From Eledone cirrhosa (Eukaryota), in NCBI GenBank assembly GCA_964016885.1, contig OZ024761.1, positions 25,978,001 through 26,042,000 on the forward strand: DNA of 64,000 bases. Direction: 5' to 3'. Made by a program: the position numbers and the translations under genes. Under the pieces are notes generated by a model. The model saw only the letters and a program-made list of their open reading frames with translations, searched no databases and was not told the DNA's origin. This document shows, one piece after another, positions 1-15,371 of the stretch. Each line of letters opens with the position of its first letter. Position 1 is the first letter of the stretch.

Positions 1-58
1 TATATATATATAAATTCGTGTGTTGAAGCGAATATTGTTATGTTTGGGGGAGGGGTTA

Positions 59-305
59 TATTGTTATAATATTGCCAGAAATAATTTCAGTACACACAAT
101 GATAACGTGATAGATGTGTGACGAAAGAACCTTGAAAGACTATATATATATTTCTATCTGTATTTTTAACCGGTGGTCAGTCAATGATAAACATTGATTG
201 CCAAGTAAATTAAATATGGCGATATAAAAGATACAGAAACGAAAACCAACCCAAACCAAAGAGTGAGTGTGTTCTGTTATTATTTCTGGCAATATTATAA
301 CGATA
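59..305. repeat. Short inverted repeat (about 27-bp arms) between (TA)n tracts, possible decayed Penelope-like terminus
   Basis: attgttataatattgccagaaataat (59-85) is the near-exact reverse complement of attatttctggcaatattataacgat (279-304). The spacer contains gatgtgtgacgaaaga, which resembles the hammerhead-like motif at 41.93 kb. Confidence 0.5.
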
Positions 306-307
306 TG

Positions 308-356
<49 letters not shown>

Positions 357-419
357 TAAAATAACAGATTAAAGTTTAAGCAAAGAATCGCTGCTTTCAC
401 CCTTAAATTTATTATTACT

Positions 420-452
<33 letters not shown>

Positions 453-465
453 TTTATACTAATAA

Positions 466-656
466 TAATTGTTTCTACTTTTGGCACAAGGCCACCAAAT
501 ACCTAGTGTATTACTGGTACTTTTTTTTATCGACCCCGTAAGGATGAAAAGCAAAGTTAACCGCGGCGGGATTTGAACTCAGAATGGCAAGGGCCGTAAC
601 TCAATGCATCAAAGCATGGCGTCCGTCCCTCTACCGATACTATCAATCCACCGCCC
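466..656 (-). mobile_element. tRNA-derived SINE, family A
   Basis: Reverse complement of the family consensus ggcggtggattggcagtatcggtagagg...gagttcaaatcccgcc...actttgcctttcatccttacggggtcgataaaataaagtaccag...gtagaaacaatt. Pol III A-box and B-box-like motifs are present, with similar AT-rich flanks on both sides. Confidence 0.85.
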
Positions 657-1048
657 TATAATAATAATAATATTATTTATACTTATATATACACAATATA
701 TATATATGCGGTTATGTTAGTGTATGTGTGTGTGAGTGCGTGTGTGTATGTGTCAGTGTGTTTAAGTATCCACAGTTACTGTCAGGTATGCTTTCAGTAT
801 AAATAAATTGATATATCAGACCGCACGTACAATCCAGATAATAGAAAACATACGTCTTTCCCAGGTCTAGATGTTGATCGAAATATAATCAGATCTATAC
901 ACAGGGCACATAATGTCAACTGTTTGAACTGTGGAAAACTCAGTAACATGTATAAAGAGTCGACCACGTTACGTTAGTCTTTAAAGAGATGAAGTACAGA
1001 AAGGGAGTGAAAGATATATATACATCACTATATATCTCTATCTATTTA

Positions 1049-1090
<42 letters not shown>

Positions 1091-1100
1091 TATCTATTTA

Positions 1101-1144
<44 letters not shown>

Positions 1145-1154
1145 TATCTATTTA

Positions 1155-1192
<38 letters not shown>

Positions 1193-1428
1193 TATCTATT
1201 TATGAATATATATATATATATATATATGTCTATTTATGAATGTGTGCGCGTACGTGTGCGTGTGTGTGTGCGTGTGCGTGTGCGTGTGCGTGTGCGTGTG
1301 TGTTGTACGTTATTATACTTATATTCATTTATTTATTAGTATAATCCTGAACACAAGATCACACATACACCTATATATATACACATATATAACCATATGT
1401 ATATTCGAACATAGCTATCTCTATATGC

Positions 1429-1488
<60 letters not shown>

Positions 1489-1564
1489 TTCTCATATATA
1501 TATATATAAATATGAGAAGAAAGAAGAATACTGCGTGGTTTACACATGGGTTACATATGATAAA

Positions 1565-1740
1565 AATAGTCCTTTGTCAGTGATTTTCCAACCATCATTG
1601 GTATTTCATCGCATTAAAAATCAGATACCTCAGGTTGGTGCGAGCAATAACTAAAAAAAGGTTATTGGGACCAGAATTCGCGTAAGGCGAGGGCGACAAG
1701 TAAACAACATAGAAGGATAAAAGCAAACCGAAGATAGGAA
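1565..1740 (-). repeat. Dispersed repeat of unknown class, homologous to 53335-53502
   Basis: The reverse complement contains gctcgcaccaacctgaggtatctg...gcgatgaaataccaatga...atcactgacaaaggact, matching gctcgcaccaacaagaggtatatgg...gcgatgaaataccaatga...atcactgatgaaggact at 53.4 kb. Confidence 0.7.
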
Positions 1741-2057
1741 AATATATGTAAATATGTATGTAAATATATTTATATATATTTACATACATATTTACATATT
1801 TTTACATACATACATATATATATATATATATACGTCCGTGTGTGTGTGTCAGTATACACCAACAATGGAGGAACGCCTTATCATCATGTTTAATTAAGGA
1901 GGACAGGTATAACTCAGTGCGAGATGTCTTTAACGTTGTCAGTAGGTTTCACGTGTAAGTTATAGTTTACTTTCGGTTTTTATATTTCAGTTATTTTTTA
2001 TTTTTTTTTTTTGTAATAATCAATATCTCGCTGATTGAAGCGCTGTGGATTCTGAAT

Positions 2058-3420
<1,363 letters not shown>

Positions 3421-3469
3421 TAATCTTATGCACATATCTTCAAATACAATATTTTTCTTTGTCCATATA

Positions 3470-3519
<50 letters not shown>

Positions 3520-3735
3520 TGTGTGTGTCTGTGTACGTGTGAGTATGTGCGTGCATGTGTGCATATATATGGAAATCAGTGCACTCTTGAATAATATTTC
3601 GTTTAATATTTGTAATCAAAATGTAATTCCCTCGACTCTCACACACACCACACAGACACCCATATACCCACATCCATACTAAACACACATGCATTCATTT
3701 ACACACACATGTACATACACACAGACACACACATT

Positions 3736-3781
<46 letters not shown>

Positions 3782-4423
3782 CACTATTATAACTGTGCTA
3801 CATTAGATAAGAATTGTATTTTTTCTCTTCACATTCAACACCTCTCTCTACATTTATTCACGTTTTCCTTTTTTTTCTTTTCTTCCCAATCTCTCTCTTT
3901 TCTTTTTTCACGCCATTTGATACATATTGAACAAAAATAACACACAAATCGTACAAGAACAGTAACAACAACAACAACATATTACAATAAATCTCTGATA
4001 AAAGGAAATTCCTGGAAAGTAGTTATGATTACTGAACTATATAAAATGTATTAGACACACTGCTAGTATCAAATTCTAATTTACCAATGCACACTTCGAG
4101 TAGAAAAATATAATAATCACAGAAAGGGAAAAAAAAGAAAATAACCAGAAAGAATATAAAAAAATTACAAAAAAATACAAAAAAAAAATACAAAAAAAAC
4201 TAATAGACTAACAAAACAACACCAATAGAAACAGACAACCTAATTTTGAAATAAAACGAAAATTAGTTAAGGCCAAATCAGCGTAAATCGAAACAAATTG
4301 TGTGATGATTCATGTCTTGTTATTATCTGGAACGGATCAAGGGTGAATGCGAGGCAGGGAACCATTTATTGTTATTGTTAATGATGGTCTGCTTATTTTA
4401 GTTTATTATTACTTCTGTTATTG

Positions 4424-4616
4424 GGTGGGGGATTAGCAGTAATCGGCAGAGGGACGGTCACCATGCTTTACAACACAGAGTTACGGCCCTTTATGGTCTG
4501 AGTTCAAATCCCGCCGGGGTTTGTTTTGCCCTTCATCCTTACAGGTTCAATAAAATAAAGTACCAGTAATACACTGGCGTAATTGCTGAACTTGTGCCAA
4601 AAATAGAAACAATTAT
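4424..4616 (+). mobile_element. tRNA-derived SINE, family A (first of a tandem pair)
   Basis: B-box gagttcaaatccc, body cttcatccttac...aataaaataaagtaccag, tail gaaacaattatt. Confidence 0.85.
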
Positions 4617-4627
4617 TACTTCTATTT

Positions 4628-4818
4628 TGGGCGGGGTATTGGCAGTATCGGTAGAGGGTCGGACGCCATGCTTTCCAGCATAGTTACGTCCCTTTACGAT
4701 CTGAGTTCAAATCCCGCCGAGGTTGACTTTGCCTTTCATCCTTACGGGGTCGATAAAATAAAGTACCAGTAAAGCACTGGGTAATTGCTGGCCTTGTGCC
4801 TAAAGTAAAAACAATTAT
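4628..4818 (+). mobile_element. tRNA-derived SINE, family A (second of the tandem pair)
   Basis: Near-consensus copy. attattacttct recurs before, between and after the two copies. Confidence 0.9.
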
Positions 4819-4879
4819 TACTTCTATTTTTCTTTAATACTTATCGGCTTCAGTGAATAGAAGGTGGCCCTTTTGGGGC

Positions 4880-7160
4880 AATCAAAATCGTCGAACTTCA
4901 AGTACGACTTCATATTGCATACTTTTGTCTTTATTCTTGTTGCAGTCATTTATCTGCGGTCCTGCTAGGACCACTATATTGAGGAAATTATATCATGTGG
5001 TTCAGTTTCCTACAACTTTATTAATTTACATTTCCTTTTATGCTTTTATCGGTTTAGATATTGGACTGCGGCCATGCTGGGGCAATTGTATACGAGGCAT
5101 AATTTCATCCAACTTCATCTCAGAACGACTTCATACAGTATACGTTTGTGTTTATTCTTGAACACCTTTCAATCATTAGATTGCGGCCATGCTGGGTCAA
5201 CCACATACGAGGGACTGTTTCATCGGAATTAATCTAAGTACGACTTCATATGCTATAGTTTTAGCACTTTATCCTTTTACACGTTTCAGTCATTAGACTG
5301 CGACCATGCTGGGGCCACCGCTCGGGGTGATTATTTCATCTAACTTCATCTAAGAACGACTTCATACTGTATACGTTTGTGTTTATTCTTGAACACCTTT
5401 CAATCATTAGATTGTGGTTATGCTGGGGCAACCACATACGAGGGACTGTTTCAACTAACTTCATCTAAGTACGACTTTATATGCTATAGTTTTTGCACTT
5501 TATCCTTTTACACATTTCAGTCATTAGACTGCGACCATGCTGGGGCCACCGCTCGGGGTGATTATTTCATCTAACTTCATCTAAGTACGACTTCATATAG
5601 TATATTTTTTCTTAATGTTTTTATTGTTTTCATTCATTAGATTGTGGCCATGCTACTGCCAGCGTATTGGGCGGGGGTTGGGGAGTTATTATTTGGTCTA
5701 ACTTCATCTAAGTACGACTTCATATAGTATATTTTTTCTTAATGTTTTTATTGTTTTCATTCATTAGATTGTGGCCATGCTACTGCCAGCGTATTGGGCG
5801 GGGGTTGGGGAGTTATTATTTGGTCTAACTTCATCTAAGTACGACTTCATATAGTATATTTTTTCTTAATGTTTTTATTGTTTTCATTCATTAGATTGTG
5901 GCCATGCTACTGCCAGCGTATTGGGCGGGGGTTGGGGAGTTATTATTTGGTCTAACTTCATCTAAGTACGACTTCATATAGTATATTTTTTCTTAATGTT
6001 TTTATTGTTTTCATTCATTAGATTGTGGCCATGCTACTGCCAGCGTATTGGGCGGGGGTTGGGGAGTTATTATTTGGTCTAACTTCATCTAAGTACGACT
6101 TCATATAGTATATTTTTTCTTAATGTTTTTATTGTTTTCATTCATTAGATTGTGGCCATGCTACTGCCAGCGTATTGGGCGGGGGTTGGGGAGTTATTAT
6201 TTGGTCTAACTTCATCTAAGTACGACTTCATATAGTATATTTTTTCTTAATGTTTTTATTGTTTTCATTCATTAGATTGTGGCCATGCTACTGCCAGCGT
6301 ATTGGGCGGGGGTTGGGGAGTTATTATTTGGTCTAACTTCATCTAAGTACGACTTCATATAGTATATTTTTTCTTAATGTTTTTATTGTTTTCATTCATT
6401 AGATTGTGGCCATGCTACTGCCAGCGTATTGGGCGGGGGTTGGGGAGTTATTATTTGGTCTAACTTCATCTAAGTACGACTTCATATAGTATATTTTTTC
6501 TTAATGTTTTCATTGTTTTCATTCATTAGATTGTGGCCATGCTACTGCCAGCGTATTGGGCGGGGGTTGGGGAGTTATTATTTGGTCTAACTTCATCTAA
6601 GTACGACTTCATATAGTATATTTTTTCTTAATGTTTTTATTGTTTTCATTCATTAGATTGTGGCCATGCTACTGCCAGCGTATTGGGCGGGGGTTGGGGA
6701 GTTATTATTTGGTCTAACTTCATCTAAGTACGCCTTCATATAGTATATTTTTTCTTAATGTTTTTATTGTTTTCATTCATTAGATTGCGGCCATGTTACT
6801 GCCAGCGTAGTGGGCGGGGTTGGGGGTCTTATTATTTCGTCTAACTTCATCTAAGTACGCCTTCATATAGTATATTTTTTCTTTATGTTTTTATGCTTTT
6901 CAGTCTTTCGATGCGGCCATGCTACCACCACCACATGGGGGGGGGTATTTATTTAAGTTAGACTTCATATAGTATATTTTTCTTTTATGCATTTACACGT
7001 TTCAGTCACTAGATTGCGGCCATGACGGAGCCGCCATTTCGGAGAAGTAGTTTCGTCGAACTTCATCTACGAACAACTTCATGTAGTATACGTTTGACAT
7101 TATGCTTTAACTGGTTTCAATCATTAGACTGTGCCCATGTTGGGGCACTGGCTTTGGGAG
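4880..7160. repeat. 127-bp minisatellite: about 10 near-identical units (5571-6900) with degenerate 110-130-bp units on both flanks
   Basis: ctaacttcatctaagtacgacttc recurs at 5571, 5698, 5825, 5952 and onward (period 127). Flank units carry tttcagtcattagactgcggccatgctgggg. Confidence 0.95.
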
Positions 7161-7475
7161 GCGTTGTTGCTCGACAATATCGATGCACTCTAGACATATT
7201 TCCTTAAATCCGTTACTAGGTTTATTCATCTCCTACTGTGAAAATGTTCGATCAAAGAAATCGCCCCAAGAGATATAAACGTAAGCACAGACAGCGACAG
7301 ACTCACATATGAAAATATACATGCGCATAAACACTCAGACACACATATACACACACATTATTTTAAATAAAAGAACCTGCGCCTGGTGTGAAACCAGCCT
7401 GTAGCTTGATTGCTGAAATACCGCAGTGTAATATCTCTCTTATGCAGCTATCCTTTTTTCTGACATTCTCTCTCC

Positions 7476-7533
<58 letters not shown>

Positions 7534-7660
7534 GGGGGGGGGGTTATATATAAATATATATACATATATATACATATATGTATATATATATATATAATCA
7601 ATGATATATTATATTATATAATATATATATATATATAATCAATGATATATTATATTATAT

Positions 7661-7712
<52 letters not shown>

Positions 7713-7729
7713 CAATGATATATTATATA

Positions 7730-7764
<35 letters not shown>

Positions 7765-7777
7765 ATCAATGATATAT

Positions 7778-7845
<68 letters not shown>

Positions 7846-8438
7846 CGCGAGCGCACATGTATATATGCATAAATATGTGTGTGTGTATATATATATATAT
7901 ACACACACACAAGTATATGTGTAATAATTTCAAGTGTTCGTGATCACGTTTCTAACTCTGATGTGATTTTCCACGCGTGCAGACGTTAAACAATTTTAAA
8001 TCATTGAAACATAAATTAATTTAGTAAATACAAACGCCTTCATAACTAATACTAATTATGTTGCTCGAACTAATTAATGTAATTACTATAATCTAATTAG
8101 AGCTTTTCAGACAAATATATTCGAAATTAGAATAGAATTTTGATCTCTTACGTCATAGAAAATGTTATTCGTCTGGCGGTTACCATGGATGCAAGCTTGT
8201 AGTTATTACAATTTATTATATTGTTATAGTTACTACGTCAAAGAGCGTGTCTTATTGGTTTGGGTGTTTGGTTCGCGATAATAACGCCATTTGCTCGATT
8301 CCGGAAAGGCAGCGCTCACACACACACACACAAGCTCACTCACAGGCACCGACACCCGAGCCGACACACAGACACAGACACTCGCACTGATGTATGTATG
8401 TATGTATGTATGTATGTATGTATGTATGTATGTATGTA

Positions 8439-8592
8439 TGTCAATAATTGTCACAGGTGTAGTGTTTGTACCAGAGTTTTCAAGTCGCTGGCTGGACTAA
8501 AAAGTTACACTCGTTCAGCGCATCGGTAGGGGTTCTCCTACATGGATATAAAGTAGTGGCCGTACTCGAAAACGAGTTGGCAGCCACCACCA
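8439..8592 (+). mobile_element. RTE-type non-autonomous element (family C), 3' fragment
   Basis: Encodes a C-terminal zinc-finger remnant HRCSVCTRVFKSLAGLKSYTRSAHR*, followed by a short 3' UTR and an (ATGT)n tail. It sits inside (TATG)n. Confidence 0.8.
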
Positions 8593-8615
8593 TGTATGTA
8601 TGTATGTATGTACAT

Positions 8616-8994
8616 GCAGAATTCTAGGAGAAGGAAAACTCTAATATAACACCTGCAACCCTAATGGTATCCAATGATGTTGACTTGTTGTTCTTTTTGG
8701 TAAATATCTTCTTGGTTAAGAGAGTGGGACTGGCGTTGTGCAGTGCCTTTGCTCACTATAAAAGCTTCACGGCACAGACATTGCTTTGTATCTGGAGATC
8801 TCTCTGCACTTGTCGTCACATGGTACCATGGGCCCAGCACTATGTGTCAATATTTGTCACAAGTGTAGTGTTTGTACCAGAGTTTTCAAGTCAATGGTTG
8901 CACTAAAAAGTCACACTCGTAGGGGTTCGGTAGGGGTTCTCCTACATTGATATAAAGTAGTGGCCGTACTCGAAAACGAGTTGGCAGCCACCAT
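8616..8994 (+). mobile_element. RTE-type non-autonomous element (family C), 5'-truncated
   Basis: Begins with tctaggagaaggaaaactct, a motif I recognise from RTE 5' regions, and ends ttggcagccaccatgtatg. Matches 26634-27225 and 44260-44588. Confidence 0.8.
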
Positions 8995-9052
8995 GTATGT
9001 ATGTATATATATTTAATATAGAAATTGTTTCTACAAAACTCTTTCATATACC

Positions 9053-9090
<38 letters not shown>

Positions 9091-9092
<2 letters not shown>

Positions 9093-9247
9093 ACGAAGGA
9101 ATTGTGGTAAGATACCAGGTGGACCATCATGTACCAGAGTACTCGATACTTAGGGTAGTAGAGTGGGTAATAGAAAAATCGTCAGGACCCCGGCGGCTAA
9201 GCTCCGGCCGTTACGACCGCTAGATCTGAGCTTCGGATCTAGCTGTC
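9091..9247 (+). mobile_element. Family B (TA)n-embedded element, subfamily 2 (putative Penelope-like terminus)
   Basis: aacgaaggaattgtggtaag...gagtgggtaatag...ggacccc, ending in the hairpin ctagatctgagcttcggatctag. Confidence 0.7.
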
Positions 9248-9286
9248 TATATATGAAAGAGTCTTGTAAAAACCATTTCTATATTA

Positions 9287-9331
<45 letters not shown>

Positions 9332-9335
<4 letters not shown>

Positions 9336-9519
9336 ACCGAGTAGGACCCCGACGGCTGAGCTCAAGCCGTTTCGACGGCTAATTCTGGACTGAGTCGAAA
9401 CGGCTTGAGCTCAGCCGTCGGGGTCCTACTTTGCCCCTATTACCCACTCTACTACTCTAAGTATTGAGTACTTTGGTGCGTTATCGTCCCTCTTGTTCCT
9501 TACCACATTTCCTTCGTTA
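9332..9519 (-). mobile_element. Family B fold-back element
   Basis: agtaggaccccgacggctgagctcaagccgtttcgac...gtcgaaacggcttgagctcagccgtcggggtcctact forms a perfect inverted repeat with an unpaired long arm to the right. Flanked by (TA)n. Confidence 0.8.
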
Positions 9520-10026
9520 TATATATATAATATATACAAGACTCTTTCGTATATATATATATATATGTGTATATATATATATATTATTTTTCTTGTATAC
9601 GTTGTCAAATGTTTCCAATAGAGATTTCTTCTTTCAGAATATGATGGGAAACGTTTTATTTTTGTTTTCCCTTAATTCCGGAAATTTTATTCCGGAAGTG
9701 GAAATTCATAAATACTATATCCGCATGATCCGCGCGAACAAAAAATATTGTGTGGATTTAATGATAAGGAATTATGCATTTTCCTAATTATTATTACTTT
9801 TTTCTATTCATATTCAGAACAATTGTTTGACACATTCCAATTATTTCCTAAGGCGTGAATTATATTACGTATTCATATGTTTGTATTAATAAGGATTACA
9901 TCTTTCACTAATACTTCTATTAATCATCATCATTATCATCATCATTATAATCATCATCATCATCATCCTCATCATCATTCGTAAAGTTTTTGCTATGGCA
10001 GATGTTTATTATTATTATTATTATTA

Positions 10027-10755
10027 TGTCGGACGCCATGCTTTCCAGCATAGTTACGTCCCTTTACGATCTGAGTTCAAATCCCGCCGAGGTTGACTTT
10101 GCCTTTCATCCTTACGGGGTCGATAAAATAAAGTACCAGTAATGCACTGGGTAATTGCTGGCCTTGTGCCTAAAGTAGAAACAATTATTATTATTATTAT
10201 TATTATTATTGTTGTTGTGGATTGGCAGCGGCGGTAGAGGGTCGAACACCATTCTTTGCAGCATAGAGTTACGCCGCTTTACGGTCTGACTTCAAATCCC
10301 ACCGAGGTTAACTTTGCCTTTCATTGTTATGGTGTCGATAAAATAAAGTATCAGTACAGCACCAGGCAACATGCTTCGTGGCATAGAGTTACAGACCTTT
10401 ACGTTCTAAGTTCAAATCCCGCTGAGGTTAGTTTTGTCGTTTATCATAACTAGGTCGATAAAATAAAGCAGCAGTAATGCACTGTGATCAATTAATCGAT
10501 CCCCCCCCCCCCAAAAAAAAAACTGCTGGCCTTTTGCCTGTAGTAGAAATCATTATTAGTGGATTGGCAGAATCAGTAGAGCTTCGGACAACATGCTTCG
10601 GGGCATAGAAACACGTCTCTTTACATTCAGAGTTCATACCTTCCATCCTTACGAGTTTGGCAAAATAAAGCAACAGTGATTCACTGCGGTCGATTTAATT
10701 GATTTTCTCTCCGCCCCATATTGCTGGCCTTTTGCCAAATGTAGGAACGATTAAT
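10027..10755 (+). mobile_element. Cluster of four family A SINE copies (one young and 5'-truncated, three diverged)
   Basis: B-box plus body repeated at about 10073, 10291, 10410 and 10631, separated by (ATT)n tails. Confidence 0.85.
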
Positions 10756-11069
10756 ACTAGAATTGTTGTTCTCATTGTTGTAGAAACTTTTTATTTCATC
10801 TGAATCAGTGACAGTTTAAAGTAGCCTTGACTCTAAACAGGAAATTAATTATTACCATGTTGCGAATATAAAATATATACTCTGTTATAACAAATGTGCA
10901 TCATATTTGTCCGTCTGTCACACGAACGCTACGGTCTGTCAAAATGTCTTCATTAGTACCAGAAATTAAAGTTTCTTGTCGACACTGATGTCTATACGTC
11001 TCTTATTTTTTTCTTCTCACTCTATCCATCACCATGCGCTATAAATAAATATATATATATATATATATA

Positions 11070-11261
11070 TAACGGAAGAAATGTGGTAAGGAACCAGGTG
11101 GACCATAACGCACCAAAGTACTCAAAACTTAGGGTAGTAGAGTGGGTAATAGGAACGATTAGGACCCCGACGGCTGAGCTCAAGCCGTTTCGACGGCTAA
11201 ATCTGGACTAAAATCATCGTCGAAACGGCTTGAGCTCAGCCGTCGGGGTCCTACTCGTTCC

Positions 11262-11263
<2 letters not shown>
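11070..11263 (+). mobile_element. Family B fold-back element
   Basis: Long arm followed by an inverted partial copy ending gtcctactcgttccta. Flanked by (TA)n. Confidence 0.8.
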
Positions 11264-11292
<29 letters not shown>

Positions 11293-11456
11293 TATATATT
11301 AAGTTAATAATGAAAATAATAACAACAAAGTCAAGTTATCATTTTTTTTACTATGTTTCGGAGGGTTGATCATATTGATATATCTATAGCAGTTATACAA
11401 CTGTATACTATCAGGCTTCATATGTAGGATCGATCAGACCGTTTTCTTCGGAAACA

Positions 11457-11550
<94 letters not shown>

Positions 11551-12078
11551 ATTATTTATAGAGAGAGACATACACACACTTGTTTGTGTATGCATGCATG
11601 TAAAAAACAAACATACATATGTGTATAGAAAGTTAGTTTTGAAGTATGTGATAATAGCCAGAGTTAGACCAGTAGACGAGAAGTCACTAGTAGTTCAACT
11701 ACCACCACCGCCACCACCACCACCAAAACAACTACCACTACCAGCACCACCACAGCCACAACTACTGTCTCAAAAAACAGGTATTTCCACTATATTTGTA
11801 AACATTACGTTAAATTACACAAGATATATTTAATCAGACGTGTAAACCAGAAACAAACCAACCAAGGAAATCTACATCAATATTACACAAACACACACAT
11901 ATATATATATACACAAATACACGAAGGAACAGACACACGCATGTATGTACACAAATACACATAGAAATAGACACTCATATATCCACAGAAATACACATAG
12001 AAGCACACACACACCTATACGCATGCAAATAGATGCACATTCACATAGAAAAATATGCACATACACATCAACCAGAAT

Positions 12079-12165
<87 letters not shown>

Positions 12166-12525
12166 GCCGTGTCCAGATTAATATATACTCATACCTACAA
12201 ACACATATTTCGGCATACGTACACAAGCACAGACACACTGTGTCCGGATTAATACATACACACATATATTTCCAGACACATACACAGAGACACAGTCACA
12301 CGCACACATATACATATACATGCAAATAGACAGTCATTCACATAGAAAGACATGCTCATACACTTTGACCAGATTAACACAATGACACACTGTGTCTCTC
12401 TCTAAAAAAAACACACACACGCACACAGACAGCTTGTCTGGATTAATACATGTATACACCTACACAAACACGCATACATACACACAGATTAAGTGAAAAA
12501 GACAAAGTTGAAACGAAGAGCTTAG

Positions 12526-12564
12526 CTGATTGGAGCCGGTCTCTAGATCGCTGCTCTGATTGGC
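12526..12564. promoter_or_regulatory. Two CCAAT boxes (ctgattgg) 30 bp apart in a unique-sequence island
   Basis: gctgattgga at 12525 and tctgattggc at 12555. Motif only, with no linked gene identified. Confidence 0.25.
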
Positions 12565-12730
12565 TGTTAAATAGTTACATGGATGGATTCAAATACAATC
12601 CATTAGGAGTTGCCTTGGAGCGTGATAATTCCCAGCTAAGCAATTACATCTGCATTGCCGTATTCTAAAAGAAACATATCTACACATATACATATATACA
12701 TACATACAAATATCTCTTTATCTTACTCTA

Positions 12731-12761
<31 letters not shown>

Positions 12762-13025
12762 AAGATATAGTTATGTATATATTTATATAAAGATATAGTT
12801 ATGTATATATATATATATATATATATGAGTTTATATGTATATATATATATGTATATATATGAGTTTATATGTATATATATATATGTATATATATATGTAT
12901 GAGTGTATATGTATATATATGTATATATGTATAAGTGTATATGCACATATATATATATATATATGTGTGTGTATGAGTGTATATGTATATATTTATATAT
13001 ATATATATATGTGTGTGTACGAGTG

Positions 13026-13072
<47 letters not shown>

Positions 13073-15135
13073 ATACGTGTGTATGAGTGTATATGCATAT
13101 GTATATATATATATTTATATGTGTGTGTGTATGTATGTGTGTGTGGGGGTGAATATGGTTCAGGATTTGGAACACTAATCCCACATGTAGAACGATACAA
13201 ATGTACAAAGGATAAAGACATGTAACAACACTAAAACACCAACAATAACATATATATACGCCCAAATATCTATACATCTATCTATCTATAGATCTATATA
13301 TATACATAAAGATATATATACATATAGATATATATACATATATCTATATATATATACATATATATATATACATATAGATATATATACATATATCTATATA
13401 TATATACATATATATATATACACATACATATACATATACATATATACATATACATATATACACATACATACACACATACATATATACACATACATATATA
13501 CACATACATATATACACATATATATATACACATATATATATATACATATATATATATACACATACATATATACACATACATATATACACATACATATATA
13601 CACATACATATATACACATACATATATACACATACATATATACACATACATATATACACATACATATACATATATATATACATACAAACACAAACTAAGA
13701 TCAACGACGACAACCATAACATGAACTAAAACGAGAATAATACTAACAGTAAACATAAAGAATGGAAGAGAGGAGGAATCCATTGCGCAGTTCATATGTA
13801 AAGATGATTACAATGACGGAATCAAAGGATTTAATACACAATTGCTAAAAATGCCTCAATAAGCCCGCTATCCATTCATATGATAGAATCTGGGTTTAAT
13901 GCTGGCTCCTTATTGATCACAAAAGACCAAGTGTGATTGTATTGCTTTAATAACAACCATATCACACCACATTTCTATTGACCGCTGGATAACTTCTGTT
14001 TCTCTCACTTTCTCTCACTGTATATATCCAATATATATATATATATATATATACCTCCATCCGTATCTCTGTCACTCCCATATATATATATATATATATA
14101 CGTGTGTGTGTGTGTGTGTGTGTGTGCCTGTCTCTTTTCCACTCAATCTTTCTCACACTTTATCTCTCTCTCTCTCTCTCTCTCCCTCGTTATATATCTC
14201 CCTCTCTGTTTCTGATTCTCTCTCTTACTCTCTCTGTCTTTCTCTCTCTCTCGCTGTCTCTCTCTATCTCTATCTCCCGCAAACACAAAACAAGGCACAA
14301 TACACTCTGTTTATTATGCAGAATGGAAAGGAGAGTTAAAATGCGTAAAAGTAAAGGAAAGTAATGGAAAGGGCTAGCAGTTATATCGATCAGGGGGAGA
14401 CAGCTTGCTTAAACCATCAACCATCAACGGCATTGTGATAATAATAACAATAATAATAATAATAACAATAATAATAATAATAATAATAACAACAACAACA
14501 ACAGCAATCATCTTCATAGTCGTCGTCAGCCTCATTATCAGACTCATCATCGTTATTGAGCTGGGCGCCATTACGAAGTCAGTATCGGAAGACATCGCAA
14601 GATATATCACGATTCTTTACTATGTCCATACAAAAGTAATTTCTGTTCCTTCTGTGAATATTATTGTAGCTATTGTGTTATTGTTGGTGATGTTGTGCTT
14701 GTTGTCGTTTTGCGTGTTTTTAGTGTTGCTGTTGTTTTTGTTGTTGTTTAAGCTTAATCCCAGATTAGCTCTGACCAAGCAGATTTATGGCCGAAAGCGT
14801 AGAAGCCAAAACTATCTAGGTTTATAACGGATATATACATATATATATATATACACATATACATATATATATATATTTATACACACACACATAAATATAT
14901 ATACAAATACACACACATATATATATATATATATACATATAGACAAATATATACAAATATACACACACATATATACATACACACAGAAACACACACACAC
15001 ACACATATATATAAACAAACTCACCCCCTCACATTGTTTATATATATATATATATATTAAAACAAACTCACACACATATATATAAACAAACTGACACACA
15101 CACATATATACATATATATATATAAACAAAGTCAC

Positions 15136-15181
<46 letters not shown>

Positions 15182-15185
15182 GTGA

Positions 15186-15371
15186 GGGCGGTGAATTGGC
15201 AGTATCGGTAGAGGGTCGGACATGCTTTCCAGCATAGTTACGTCCCTTTATGATCTGAGTTCAAATCCCGCCGAGTTTAACTTTGCCTTTCATCCATACG
15301 GGGTCGATAAAATAAAGTACCAGTAATGTACTGGGTAATTGCTGGCCGTGTGCCACAACTAGAAACAATTA
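15186..15371 (+). mobile_element. tRNA-derived SINE, family A
   Basis: Full-length near-consensus copy. Confidence 0.9.
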
